This document shows, in pieces, positions 1-12,918 of a stretch of DNA of 64,000 bases (positions are counted from its first letter, which is position 1; every line of letters begins with the position of its first letter). The notes under the pieces are model-generated. The model saw nothing but the letters and a program-made list of their open reading frames with translations, ran no database searches and was not told where the DNA came from. Source of the DNA: Octopus sinensis (taxonomy: Eukaryota); NCBI RefSeq assembly GCF_006345805.1, contig NC_043017.1:26598001-26662000 (forward strand), in the 5' to 3' direction. The position numbers were made by a program, and so were the translations under genes.

Positions 1-534
1 ATGCATTTATATATGCATATGAATATACATATATATTCATATATATATATATACATACATATATATATATAAACACATACATGAATGTAAATCTATATAT
101 ATGTATATATGTGCACATATATATGAATATAAGTATATACATTTATATATGTATATGAATATACATATACATGCATATATATACACAATTATGTATGCGT
201 GTATGTGCATCTCTCCCTCTACATATATATATATATATATACATATATATATGTATATATATATATATACACACACATGAATGTATGTATGTACATGTGT
301 ATATAAGTATTTTCGTATTTATATAATGGTAAATAAATCGCAACACTGCCTTTAAAGAGTCTTGCGCAAATACTTTAGAAAATAGAGTGACGACATCCGT
401 TTGTAAATGTGTTTTGGTTCATATTGCATTGGTAGACTTTACTTTGTAATATCAATAGAAATGTAAAATTAATTGCACCCTGTTATAAATCACCATTTCT
501 TTTGAACAAATGTTTTTGTTACTGTGATTAGCTT

Positions 535-593
<59 letters not shown>

Positions 594-1034
594 TATATAT
601 ATAGCTATGTGTATGTGCTTATGTATATATAGAAATACACAACGTGAGAATGTGCGTTTGTAAAAGAAATTCTTTGGCACCGATTTGTGCGTACGTTGTA
701 CATACATGAATACTTACATACAGAGATAGATAGCTAAATGTGTACATATAAAGAAAAAGAGGGAGAGAGAGAGAGTGAAAGGCAGAGAGAAAGAGAGAGA
801 GAGAGAGAGATGATTACACTAAATTTGGGTGAAACACCGAATTGCTTACGTATATGAAATAATAAAAATACTTCAAATTTGCCTTCAAGCTAGCAAGAGG
901 TCTGTCTCACCATTACATCATCTTGCGTTTTCTAAACATAAAATTCTTTGACGTATAATTTCATAGTTTTTGACAAATGTTATCTAATTTCCTCAAATTC
1001 TAATGAAATTCCAATCCATCGATATATTTATATA

Positions 1035-1418
1035 TTGGGTCAAAATGAAGGTAATTAAAGTTCTTTCTTTAATCTAAAATATACTCTTCCTCATTTTCTA
1101 CAAGGCTCCTCTTCCAATAATAACTTCTCCGTGACGAAAAATGCTCCTGCAGTACTCTTCCGACAAGAGGGGACGATATCCGGTGACTATTGTGGGTGGG
1201 GAATTGTTACATATTCAAACATCACCGGCATTTGGAACGTCATCCTCTTAGTATGGAGTCTAAAATGATCATGATGATTGACCACTTTTCGTCTTTAAAC
1301 CAAAGGTGGTCGATTTTTATTTCGTTGACTTGAATGTCTAGCTGAACGTCCGAATCCAAGCTTCTCTGCTAGTTCCTCAACAGTTACGATGGCATCTTTC
1401 TCCACCAGGATTTGCATA
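1035..1418 (-). mobile_element. Decayed, internally deleted mariner transposase relic
   Basis: Minus-strand translation gives QILVEKDAIVTVEELAEKLGFG (HTH region) and KNRPPLV*RRKVVNHHDHFRLHT...IPHPQ*SPDIVPS, matching the mariner HHDNARPH and HPPYSPDLAPSD motifs; stops present. Confidence 0.75.
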
Positions 1419-1622
1419 ATTTAATCGGCGACATTTCAGTCGGACAAACAATATGTTTACTAACAAAACTTATTAGTTTAACCGATCACTGACAAGAAAT
1501 GTTGGACAGTTGAAACAAAAATAGTGGAAGAACAGTACTAGGTTCAAATAATTGTCGAAACTATTCAGTCCACAAGAACGAATATACTAGTTCCTTGTGC
1601 ATATTTTTTTTACTTTATATGG

Positions 1623-1657
<35 letters not shown>

Positions 1658-1740
1658 GCTATATATATATATGCTATATATATATATGCTATATATATAT
1701 ATATAATATATATATATATATAATATATATATATATATAT

Positions 1741-1948
1741 AACGGGAAGCTTTATGAAAATAAACAAAAGACGAAGGCAGGTGGAGTACAAACAAACAAT
1801 TGTATTACTATGGCGCTCAGGAAATAAATAAAACAAGTCTTTTACGTTTCGAGCCTACGCTCTTCGACAGAAAGATACACAGAAAAAACACGGGGAGAAA
1901 CAAGGAGAGAAAAAAATGCGTGCAGAAGCTAGCGATTCAATATGGTCA
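1741..1948 (-). mobile_element. Non-autonomous PLE pLTR-like repeat (family H1) in (TA)n, carrying a hammerhead motif
   Basis: Reverse-complement copy of 26857-27062; flanked by (TA)n on both sides. Confidence 0.75.
1838..1875 (-). ncRNA. Minimal type I hammerhead ribozyme motif (A6U core variant)
   Basis: Minus strand reads TCTTT-CTGTCGA-A-GAGC-GTAG-GCTC-GAAA-CG-TA-AAAGA: stem I TCTTT/AAAGA, stem II GAGC/GCTC, loopless ACGU stem III. Confidence 0.65.
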
Positions 1949-1958
1949 TATATATATG

Positions 1959-2006
<48 letters not shown>

Positions 2007-2093
2007 CTATATATATATATATATATATGTGTATGTATGTATATATGGTACAAGTATGCTATCATGCTATATATATATATGCTATATATATGC

Positions 2094-2132
<39 letters not shown>

Positions 2133-2231
2133 ATATGGTACAAGTATGCTATCATGCGCTTCAGTCTTCCTTGAGATAATTAGTACAACGAGCATTTGAA
2201 CATATCTGGAAAGAATCATGTGAATATATAC

Positions 2232-2632
2232 TCTTATTCTTTACTCTTTTACTGGTTTTAGTCATTTGACGGCGGCCATGCTAGAGCACAGCCTTTAGTC
2301 GAGCAAACCGACCGCGGGACTTATTTTTGTAAGCCTAGTACTTATTCTATCAGGCTCTTATTGCCGAAGTGCTAAGTTACGGGGACGTAAAAACACTAGC
2401 ATCGGTTGTCAAGCGATATTGGGACAAACACAGACACACATACATACACACACATACCTTAATTTATACATATATACGACGGGATTCTTTCAGTTACCTT
2501 CTACCAAATCCACTAAGAAGGCTGTAGTCGGGCCGAGGCTATAGAAGAAGACACTTGCCCAAGGTGCCACGCAGTAGGATTGAACCCGGAACCATGTAGT
2601 TAGTAAGCTAGCTACTTTCCACACAACCACTC
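2232..2632 (-). mobile_element. tRNA-derived SINE family A
   Basis: Reverse complement of the 57694-58105 copy; internal microsatellite and GAGTAAAA-type tail. Confidence 0.9.
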
Positions 2633-3014
2633 AAAATCTCTGAAACACATATTGATCATTATACCAATTACGGCTCTTGAAATGCTGGTTACAACTTATA
2701 CGACGAGACCTTACAATGAAGAGTTGCACAATTATTTGAGAACCATTCGTATTTGGAGATAACTGGGAGGACATCGTTTCTCGATATCCGAAGAACTGTC
2801 GTAACTTTCACATCCAATCTCACACAACGCCAAATACACGAGGCAAACGCTGGACATTTACGATTCGCTTTGAACTGATTTAATAGCAGCAAGAAGAATA
2901 AGGGAAAGAAGTTTAATAAAAGAGGAACAGAACGTAGATTTGACTGAAGAGATGAAGAAAGAAGAGGAGAAAATAGCGTAGTAGAGGGAACGGAAGTTAG
3001 ATAATTTGTAATAA

Positions 3015-3016
<2 letters not shown>

Positions 3017-3050
<34 letters not shown>

Positions 3051-3229
3051 CAGCAGCAGAATTAATAGTGGTAGTAGGATTAGTAGTAGAAGTAGTAGAA
3101 GTAGGAGTAATAGTAGAGGCTGTAGTAGTAGTATAAGTAGTAGTAGTAGTAGTAGTAGTGGTAGTAGTAGTAGTAGTAGTAGTAGTAGATGTATTGTTAT
3201 TATTATTATTATTTTCATTATCATTATTA

Positions 3230-3308
<79 letters not shown>

Positions 3309-3480
3309 GAAGAGGAGGGGTCGATAATGGAAATGTTGCTGCTGCCGATGATGACGGTGAAGACCATCACGACAATGACAACAAGAACAACGACGACGAA
3401 AATATGTTTTTTTTTTATGACGATGGCGACGACGAGGAAAACTATAACGGCGATGATAATGGTGACTGTAAGAACGGGGA
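3017..3480. repeat. Compound (TAG)n/(TTA)n/(GAT,GAC)n microsatellite
   Basis: Visible triplet runs. Confidence 0.95.
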
Positions 3481-3814
3481 GTATTAACAGAATAAACAGA
3501 AAAGATGAATCTCGATAAATTAACATAGGTTCAGTTATTTTTCACTCTCTTAGATACATCATGCACACTATTTCGATCTGTCAATTCTTTCGTTGGCATA
3601 ATTTTTTCTAATAGGTCAGTCCATTACGGATGCGAAAACCCTTTTGTCATATTCATTTCATGCGCTGTCAAGTTACAAAACAGGAACAACAGCAGGCGTT
3701 TACTGGGTGCATCTTGTCACAAATCAGAAATTGTTTTATCTTTTTTTTTGCAAATATACACATGCAGAAGGAATGATATTAAGGCAATGAAACAGGATTA
3801 CCAAAACATCAACA

Positions 3815-3977
3815 GACGCAGGAGTGGCTGCGTGGTAAGTAGCTTGCTAACCAACCACATGGTTCCGGGTTCAGTCCCACTGCGTGGCACCTTTGGCATG
3901 TATCTTCTACTACAGCCTCGGGCCAACCAAAGCCTAGTGAGTGGATTTGGTAGACGGAAACTGAAAAGAAGCCCCTC

Positions 3978-4016
<39 letters not shown>

Positions 4017-4306
4017 ATAAAATATTAGGGAATAAATTCAAACTTACAGGGAAAAATCAGATTTAGGATTGAATCCAATTTTATATATATATATTTGTGT
4101 GTTTGTATTTGTCCTCCCAACATCGCTTGACAACACATGCTGGTCCGTTCACGTCCCCGTAACTTAGGGTTTCAGCAAAAGAGACTGATAGAATAAATAC
4201 TATGATTGCAAAGAATAAGTCATGGGGTCGATTTGCTTGACTAAAGGTGGTGCTCCAGCATTGCCACATTCAAATGACTGAAAGAAGTAAAATAGAGTAA
4301 AAGAGA
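3815..4306 (+). mobile_element. SINE family A with about 70 bp of foreign sequence in its internal (TA)n
   Basis: Head GCAGGAGTGGCTGCGTGGTAAG...GGTTCAGTCCC and family 3' half both present; extra sequence at about 4012-4082. Confidence 0.9.
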
Positions 4307-4672
4307 GAAGCACGTCTGGAATTACACACACACACACACATATACACATACAAACGCACGCGCACACACACACTCATACACGCACATGTATTGTATTTCA
4401 AGATGGTCATATTTTGGCGGCAAAATAATGTATGACGATCCCAATGTACAACAATGTCTTTCAGTTGACGAATTCCCGTAAGGAATCTTGCAATCTGTTA
4501 TTGAGCTTCTTCATTCCAAGGTGCTGAAAATAATAAATAGCAACATCGATGTCAAGTGTAACTCTTTACACTTGACGAATTTACGCTGTATTACCCCGAG
4601 GGCAATATAGTTCTGTACTTAAAAACACCCCATCAGACTCTGTCGTGTAACACATGCATATACGTACACACA

Positions 4673-4714
<42 letters not shown>

Positions 4715-4741
4715 ACACACACACACGCACACACACACATT

Positions 4742-4800
<59 letters not shown>

Positions 4801-4921
4801 CAAAAGGATGTGTTATTATACTATTCCACAGCCATTCGAACAATCCACTAATACTAATCAACATGATCAAGAACAGCTATATATATATAATGTGTCTCCC
4901 TATCTATATAAGATAGGTGAG

Positions 4922-5305
4922 GAGGCGCAATGGCCCAGTGGTTAGAGCAGCGGACTCGCGGTCGTAGGATCATGGTTTCGATTCCCAGACCGGGCGTTGT
5001 GAGTGTTTATTGAGCGAAAACACCTAAAGCTCCACGAGGCTCCGGCAGGGGATGGTGGTGATCCCTGCTGTACTCTTTCACCACAACTTTCTCTCACTCT
5101 TACGTCCTGTTTCTGTTGTACCTGTATTTCAAAGGGCCGGCCTCGTCACTCTCTATGTCACGCTGAATATCCCCGAGAACTACGTTAAGGGTACACGTGC
5201 CTGTGGAGTGCTCAGCCACTTACACGTTAATTCCACGAGCTGGCTGATCCGTTGATCGGATCAACCGGAACCCTCGTCGTCGTAACCGACGGAGTGCTTC
5301 CATGC
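4922..5305 (+). mobile_element. tRNA-derived SINE family C, full length
   Basis: A box TGGCCCAGTGG and B-box-like GTTTCGATTCC; 14-bp TSD ATAAGATAGGTGAG at 4908-4921 and 5306-5319. Confidence 0.92.
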
Positions 5306-5761
5306 ATAAGATAGGTGAGCATTTATTACGGAATTCATTCATACACACTATCGAACACATCCCTTCACATACATAATCATATACACATACAGACGCACAC
5401 ATATAGATATACGCACATATGCGTAAATATTGATACATACGTACTGATAGGTGTGTTGCCAAAAAGGTAGCTTCTGCGTATGGCTTGGTTCCTCGATCGA
5501 AATCCTTGCGAGACTAACTGCTTTGTCATTTAAGCAATGTAATTTATTTCAAAATTCCTCAATATTACTCATCCGAATGTGATTACGAGCTATCGACTGG
5601 TGTAGTTTTCGATCCTTTAAACAATCATATCCTCGATGTTCTAGAACAGTGATTCCTAGCCACTTTCTTCCTATGAATCCCGTTTGATTCCCATTTTTCC
5701 TATTTTTCTCTACTAGGTTTTTTTTTTTAAACTCTATTATATTTTTATTATATATTAACAA

Positions 5762-5994
5762 CTTACTAACCCCAAGATTCTGAGTTTGATCCCCGGTAGT
5801 GACCCGAATATTAATATCATCGAAAAATACCTTATGAATGGGAACCCAGGTTCAAAATTTCCCCAAGACGCCTGATGAAGGCTGGAGAGTATATCAGCCG
5901 AAACGTTGTATTAACAACAAACAGGATGAGGACAAATATCGGTCAAATGTAAATAATGTACAAAATTTACTCATCTCTTAAATATAGAACTGTA
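5762..5994 (+). mobile_element. 5'-truncated tRNA-head/hammerhead retroposon (family H3)
   Basis: Homologous to 42070-42960; 10-bp TSD ATATTAACAA at 5752-5761 and 5995-6004. Confidence 0.8.
5867..5912 (+). ncRNA. Minimal hammerhead motif, canonical core, weakened stem I
   Basis: GACGC-CTGATGA-A-GGCTG-GAGAGTATAT-CAGCC-GAAA-CG-TT-GTATT. Confidence 0.7.
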
Positions 5995-6276
5995 ATATTA
6001 ACAATTGTTAAAATATGGAGTTTATAGTAGAAGTATTATCAATCAATTCCGCATATTTGTTTTAGAACAAAATCGTTTATGCATCTCCAAGTGTCGTAGG
6101 GGACCCGTTTCAGGACTGTTGTTCTAAAATTTTGAGAGTAGGTGTATCGGGGTGACTGTTCACAGCTACTGTGAAAGTGAAATTTTGTTATAAACCACAA
6201 AGTCAAAATCACTAGCGAGAAAACCACAAAGCAGGAATGCTTTATATAAGCACACGACCTCAATCTCTCCTTAAAT

Positions 6277-6633
6277 TAGGAGCACTCCGTCGGTTGCGAC
6301 GATGAGGGTCCCAGCTGATACGATCAACGGAACAGCTTGCTCGTGATATTAACGTGTAAGTGGCTGAGCACTCCACAGACACGTGCACCCTTAACGTAGT
6401 TCTCGGGGAGAATCAGCGTGACAAGCCTGGCCCTTTGAAATACAGGTACAAGAGAAACAATAAGAAAGAGCGAGAGAAAGTTGAGGTGAAAAAGTACAGC
6501 AGGGTTCACCACCACCCCCTGCCGGAGCCTCGTGGAGCTTTAGGTGTTTTCGCTCAATAAACACTCACAATGCCCGGTCTGGGAATCGAAACCGCGATCC
6601 TCCGACCCTAACCACTGGGCCATTGCGCCTCCA
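6277..6633 (-). mobile_element. SINE family C
   Basis: Reverse complement of family C; TSD CTCTCCTT(A/G)AAT at 6265-6276 and 6634-6645. Confidence 0.9.
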
Positions 6634-7564
6634 CTCTCCTTGAATATAATACCGACGTATAGGCGTTAACGTTTTATAACGTATCAGCCATTCTCTGTGG
6701 TATAGTGTAATGAACTAATGAAAGAACTATCAGCGTTTATAATAAAATCATTTCAAAATTTATGAGCTGTTAACCTTAAAGTACGTGAACGCTCCAATCG
6801 TAAATAAAGCACGTTGAATCTCATGAGGGTGATGGAAATCACCAACTTCATGCGACGTGTTTTACGAAACATTATTTCCGAACGCCTCAGATTGTATTCG
6901 GCTCATTCGTTTTTCACTGTATGCCATCAGTTCTTCCAGCAATAAGCAGTTTTATGTACGGCTGCAGGTACAACTACAGTGAAGTTTTGAATTTTACGAC
7001 GCATGCTATAACCTCGGCTCAGAAATTCTATTAATTAATTAAAAAACCATAGCCACACTTCACCTTCTCTCGTGTATTTTAAAATGGCATAATAATATAT
7101 CATTAAATGTATTAGAGTGTTAACGTAGTAGGAAGTCTAGCGCTTCTCTTAAACTACTTTGATTTTAATGTATTTCGTTTCCCTCTCTGCACTTGTAATG
7201 TACTGGTATATGAATTTAACTTCAAACAATAAGATGAAATTTATTTTTACAATCTGCCCGTAAAAACTTATTTTCATCTCTTTAAACAGTAACGTTACTT
7301 AATTACGGCGTTATTTTCCAGGTAGTCATTAGGTTTTATAGAATGCAATTATTACTATAAGTACGATCACTTGACGCGTTTAATTGTATCTTTTCTCTTT
7401 ATATTGATTTTCATTATTATTTTATTCCTCTATTCTCATTTTGCCAGCTTTTGAAAAAATATATCGCTATAAATTTCAAAAGAGATAACGTTTTTTTTAG
7501 TAAAATGTCTGTGCCAAAAATATACTAATCATTTTTGTAACATATATATTAGCACGTAATATGT

Positions 7565-7762
7565 CGGGCTGAAATTTGGACGCAAAGCTAGCAATTTTAG
7601 GAAAGCGATGAGGCGATTACATATACTCCGATGTTTAACTGATATATGTTTTATGGATCCAATAGGAATTACGGTAACTTCGCCAGCATTTGACCTCAGA
7701 ACGACTAAATGCCGTAAAACATTTTTGTCCGGTATGCTAATGATTCCGGCAGCTCGCCAACT
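7565..7762 (-). mobile_element. Highly decayed family B-like SINE
   Basis: Residual TTTGACCTCAGAACG and GCTAATGATTCCGGCAGCTCGCC motifs. Confidence 0.55.
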
Positions 7763-7871
7763 TATTTCCACAGAATGTATTAAAAAGAATATTGTTGATT
7801 TATTTCTCTTTGAAGTACGGGTTTCTAATTCCAAATATTTGCTTAATGCTGTTTTTTGTTGTTTTCTACTC

Positions 7872-8071
7872 TAAACACAAGGCCTGAAACTTGGGGAGGG
7901 GATCAGTCGATTAGAATGACCCCAGTACGTAACTGGTACTTAATTTATCGACCCCGAAAGAATGAAAGGCAAAGTCGACCTCGGCGGAATTTGAACTCAA
8001 AGCGTAACGGCAGACGAAATACTGCTAAGCATTTCGCCTGGCATGCTAACGATTCTGTCAGCTCACCGCCT
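7872..8071 (-). mobile_element. tRNA-derived SINE family B (Meta-domain-like core)
   Basis: Contains the reverse complement of GTCGACTTTGCCTTTCATTCTTTCGGGGTCGATAAATTAAGTACCAG; resemblance to the MetaSINE domain is from memory. Confidence 0.85.
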
Positions 8072-8824
8072 ATCTGTCAATATTGTTTTTAAAACAATTG
8101 TTGTTGATTCTTGCTGGAGGTTTTATGTTCCCAAACACTGCTGCTTTAATCAGTCCACAATAGTTTCTTCTCATTCAAGATAAAAACGTAGGCTTATTTC
8201 TCTGGTTCTATAAATAATATATTTACAATTAGTAGAACGCATATATTTTGTGAAATTTTGTAGTATCGAAATTTTGTAGAAGGACGTCACTGACACCATT
8301 GGCTGTACACATTCGTATGCTTTTTTAATGTGTTTTCTTTGTGTTTTTTCTTATTTCGTGTCAAATCTTTCCTGTTAATGTTTTAATTTTTATACATTTA
8401 TGTTAATCATTTCAATATGTTTGCACTATGGTAGTTCTCGACAGCCTTCCGGGAAATATACTGATCAAAGAGCTGGAGATATCTATCAAAGTACCCGTGA
8501 ACTACTCATTAATTACGAATGAATAATACGCAGCAAGCATATATAAAATTTAAGTGTTTTGTTTAGGTCTCATAAAGACTCACTTAATTATAGACAAAGT
8601 AGAAAGGTTGTGCATTGGAGCTGTCAAAAGACACAGACACCTCATCAAAACGGAACGTACAATAGGTCTCTATATAACAAATGCATGGCTCGCATTCAAT
8701 TCTAACGCCCTGTATACCTCTATGAGATTTAATGTACTGAGAAGTGAGCTGTATAGGCAAGGGGTAAAACGAGTCAAGAGAATGTCTTGGCAGCATTTCG
8801 TTATACAATTACCTTAAAATCGAA

Positions 8825-9068
8825 TATATACATACATATTTGTATATATATATATTTATATATATATTTTATATATATATATAATATATATATATATAAT
8901 ATATTATATTATATATAATATATATTTATATATATAATATACTTATTATATATATATATATTATATATATATTTTATATATATATATATAATAATTTATA
9001 TATATATATATATATTATATAATATTTATATAGTATATATATATATATATTATATATTTTATATATAT

Positions 9069-9119
<51 letters not shown>

Positions 9120-9137
9120 TAATATATTATATATATA

Positions 9138-9213
<76 letters not shown>

Positions 9214-9272
9214 TATATATATATATGTATGCATGTATATATATATATATATTATGCACACATACATATATA

Positions 9273-9310
<38 letters not shown>
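8825..9310. repeat. Degenerate (TA)n tract, representative of dozens in the window
   Basis: Visible. Confidence 0.95.
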
Positions 9311-9315
<5 letters not shown>

Positions 9316-9594
9316 AATTATGGAGGTTTAGATCACAGTCGAAACAAAAAAAAAATAAATAAAATCATTTGACTTTTATAATATTCTTTAAGTAAAACCA
9401 TCGAACAAAAAAACACAAATACACACATAATGAAATACAGCGAGTAAAAATACACAAAATGAGTAAATAATATAAAGAAAATGTGAAAACTACTATAAAT
9501 ATTCTCTAATGCCAATTTAAGATCATACATGATCATATGTGAAAAAAGTATGGAAGACCCTCGTACAAAAATCTATGTGCATATAACTAATTAA

Positions 9595-9790
9595 AGAAAA
9601 CCTCTTGTAAACCGCAGTTTTTCTCAGTGCATCCGTTTGCGCAGAAGCTCTGAGCAAAATGTTATGATACATCTTGCACGTAAGTATAATTCGTCTTTGC
9701 CACATAAGTAATGTGTGTGTAAAGTTTGGAGAAATTCGGTTGAGAATTCTGGAATTGTATGCGCTTGTTAATATGCACACATACATTGAG
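9595..9790 (-). mobile_element. Possible decayed non-autonomous Helitron/Helentron-like fragment
   Basis: GTGTGTGTAAAGTTTGGAGAAATTCGGTTGA resembles GTGTGTGTCAAGTTTCATCAGAATCGGTTGA inside the Helitron at about 31500. Confidence 0.35.
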
Positions 9791-9807
9791 ATTATTATTA
9801 TTATTAT

Positions 9808-10248
9808 TGAGTGAGAGAGCAGTTCATGCCATCAAAGTGACACCGGGGTAAAATATACGAAGCCCAATATACCCATCATGACTACCCGTCTGATAAAGGT
9901 ACACCAGGCACATGCATCACAACCATATGTGCGCGACATGGTGATCTCATATCAAGATAAACAGCACATGACCTTGCAGGTGGGGCCCAGTTAGAATTTT
10001 TCTCAGGTTGAGTAGCCCATCCCGCTCAAACGATCCTGAATAAGGGTTGTTTAAGGATGTTGAAAGAACAACCCATGTTTCCAGAGGTGAATTATTCAAA
10101 CCCCAAAGAATCCCTCTCAACACATGGCTATGATGCTCCCCCACTACTCTTCTGCTCGTGATCAGAGATGCACATATCGTCAGCCACTAAGGGATGCTCA
10201 ACTGGTTAAGGTCAAACAACTGACAAGCAAATCTGTGGTATTGAGCAG
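9808..10248. mobile_element. About 440-bp non-coding insertion inside (TTA)n; unclassified microsatellite-targeted element
   Basis: Sharp-edged, higher-GC complex sequence with (TTA)n on both sides; no credible ORF. Confidence 0.6.
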
Positions 10249-10293
10249 TATTATTATTATTATTATATTATTATTATATTATTATTATTATTA

Positions 10294-10327
<34 letters not shown>

Positions 10328-10429
10328 CATTATTATTATTATATTATTATTATTATTATATTATTATCATTATTATTATAAATTATGATTATTATTATTA
10401 TTATTATTATGATTATTATTATTATTTTA

Positions 10430-10467
<38 letters not shown>

Positions 10468-10468
<1 letters not shown>

Positions 10469-10615
10469 GTATGTGTGTGCAGGATTCCAGTTGTGCACGA
10501 TAAATTAAATTCGTTATTTTAATCAAATTTTTCTCAAAATGCTTGGTCGCTAATTTTTTCCCGTTTTTAACGAATGCCAAAAATTATTAGTTTTAGGTTT
10601 TCTCATTTTCTTTAA
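10468..10615 (+). repeat. About 150-bp direct repeat, copy 1
   Basis: Similar to 12339-12484; both follow (TTA)n plus TATG. Confidence 0.85.
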
Positions 10616-10714
10616 TATTGAGGTATCTTTCTTTCTTTTGTTATCTTACCGTTTTTACCAATATATATATATATAAATATATGTTAGTGTGTATGCATAT
10701 ATGTATGGATATAA

Positions 10715-10764
<50 letters not shown>

Positions 10765-11311
10765 TGTGTGTGTGTGTGATTGTGTATGGATGTATATATA
10801 TATGAATTTATAAGTATATCTACGCATATATATATATATACATGAACACGCGCGTACATACACATACACACATATACATATCGCGCATTGAGACGTGCTT
10901 ACATATGCAGGTTGGTGAATTATTGTGTGTGTGTATGTATATTTGTTTGTGTGTTTATCAGTGTTTTTTTTATTCCCATATTATTTAAGATCTTATAATG
11001 GTAACTTCTAAAATTACTACAACACCATTATACCATTTCCGAACTGCTTTATATATTCACGCTCTAGTTAATTCCTGTCTTTAAACTCTAATCCAATTTT
11101 TTTTTTTAGGATTGGTTCCTTGCAGTTCTGACGACCGCCTTGCTCATTAATTTCTTTCTTTACATCTTCAGAATGTTACTCTAGAAGTCGTTTCAAAAGC
11201 TCCAACGATTTTCCCTACTTCTGGAAGATAAATTTAACATCATTTTATCGTAACTCTGATAACACAGATCCGAAAGGAAATAATTAGTCACTATATTCCT
11301 TCAGATATATA

Positions 11312-11494
11312 ATGTGACCGCGTGTTCCGTCTTCCCTTCTTTAGATCTTTTCTTTTCCTATGATTCCGACGAAGAGCTCCGCTCGAAACGTTAAAACCCT
11401 CCTTCTTTCCTTCTCTTCTGTGCGTCCAATAATACTATACTTGTTCCACGTCCTCGCGTTGTTGTGCTTTCTCTTCGTGTTTTCATGTTTGGAT

Positions 11495-11498
<4 letters not shown>
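11312..11498 (+). mobile_element. PLE pLTR-like repeat (family H2) with hammerhead motif
   Basis: Core CCGACGA-A-GAGC-TCC-GCTC-GAAA-CGTT at 11366-11392; ends GTTTGGATTAAC then (TA)n; reverse-complement copies at 36962, 39541, 59417 and 61009. Confidence 0.8.
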
Positions 11499-11545
<47 letters not shown>

Positions 11546-11547
<2 letters not shown>

Positions 11548-11950
11548 AAATGGATAAAGGAATTATCTTGTTAAGGATTTTTCAAAATTTAACCGAAACC
11601 TGGGTAGCAAAAATCACAACAGAAAAAACACGAAAAAACAAGGTCAGTCTGACCTTGATTTATTCCAACGGACTTTTTCGTCGGCCTCCACCCCCCACCC
11701 CCCTGACGTCAACGCACATTGAGAGACAGTTTTGTGCTTTCATGGGCTCCTAAGGAGGGTTTTGTTTGAATACCTCGCTGCGCATTTGTTTTGGATTTTT
11801 AAATTCCTGGATTTTCCTGAAGAGAATGCTGCAAAATGGTCTCCTTATTCAATCCGAATTTGGAAATTTGCGGCCTTTGAAACATGTGTAGAAAATAATA
11901 AAAGGAATTCTGTAGAATCTTCGTTCAGCTCCATTTCTTCCCTTCACTAA
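11546..11950 (+). mobile_element. (TA)n-embedded PLE-like terminal remnant
   Basis: Complex sequence between two (TA)n runs, containing a canonical hammerhead. Confidence 0.55.
11811..11896 (+). ncRNA. Type I hammerhead ribozyme motif with long stem II
   Basis: Stem I ATTTTC(11811-16)/GAAAAT(11891-96); CTGAAGA 11817-23; stem II GAATGCTGCAAA/TTTGCGGCCTTT, 11 of 12 paired including G-U; GAAA 11879-82; C-ATGT-G; GUA triplet 11888-90. Confidence 0.7.
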
Positions 11951-12114
11951 ATATATATATATATATATATAATATATATATATATATGTATATAAATATA
12001 ATTATCTATAGATATATAGAAATGCATTCATATGATATCAAATATTGGTGTATATCTGTTATATATATATTTTTGTTTAATGTGTTTTCTTTCATTTTGG
12101 AATGTTTTATACCG

Positions 12115-12238
12115 TCTTCATCCAAAGTTCATCCCAATGTTAATGCTGAACTCTAACTGTTTTTAACAGGCCTACTAGCTCTCTGTTATTTATAGCAAAC
12201 AGCTTCATGTTGTCCATATAAAACAGATGGTCTACTCT
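12115..12238 (-). mobile_element. R4/Dong-type reverse transcriptase fragment
   Basis: Translates RVDHLFYMDNMKLFAINNRELVGLLKTV / FSINIGMNFG, matching HLLYMDDLKLYA...FSxDIGMxFG; abuts (TTA)n. Confidence 0.75.
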
Positions 12239-12253
12239 AACACTATACTATTA

Positions 12254-12332
<79 letters not shown>

Positions 12333-12338
12333 GTATGT

Positions 12339-12484
12339 ATGTATGTGTGTGCAGGACTCCGGTTGTGCATGATAATTTAAATTCGCTATTTTAATCAAAG
12401 TTTTCTCAATATGCTTGGTCGCTAGTTTTTTCCCGTTTTTAACGAATGCCTAAAATTATTACTTTTATGTTTTCATTTCCTTTA
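12339..12484 (+). repeat. About 150-bp direct repeat, copy 2
   Basis: Similar to 10468-10615. Confidence 0.85.
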
Positions 12485-12669
12485 CATGTAATTTATTTAA
12501 TTCATCTTAGTTTTGCTTAATATTGCTTCTCGCATTAATATATAAATGTGTGTGTGTGTGTGCATGTACGTGTGTGCATGTGTGTAGCTACGTACGTATA
12601 TATACATACATATGTATCTATCTGTGAAATTCTCTCTCAGTATCTATGTATCTTTATATGCATATATAT

Positions 12670-12711
<42 letters not shown>

Positions 12712-12876
12712 CATGTATATAGACATTTATATATATTCACGTATGTATATAAGTATGTATACAAGTGTATAAATATATATCCATATGACACGTATATGTT
12801 TATGTGTCTGTGTTTGTGTGTATCTGTACCTATATATATGTGTGTGTGTGTGTACGTATGTATGTATGCACGTGTG

Positions 12877-12918
<42 letters not shown>

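Noticed and set aside
5003-5255. Recurring ORFs MFIERKHLKL and MVVIPAVLFHH
   Set aside because: Chance frames in SINE C copies; the recurrence reflects repeat identity
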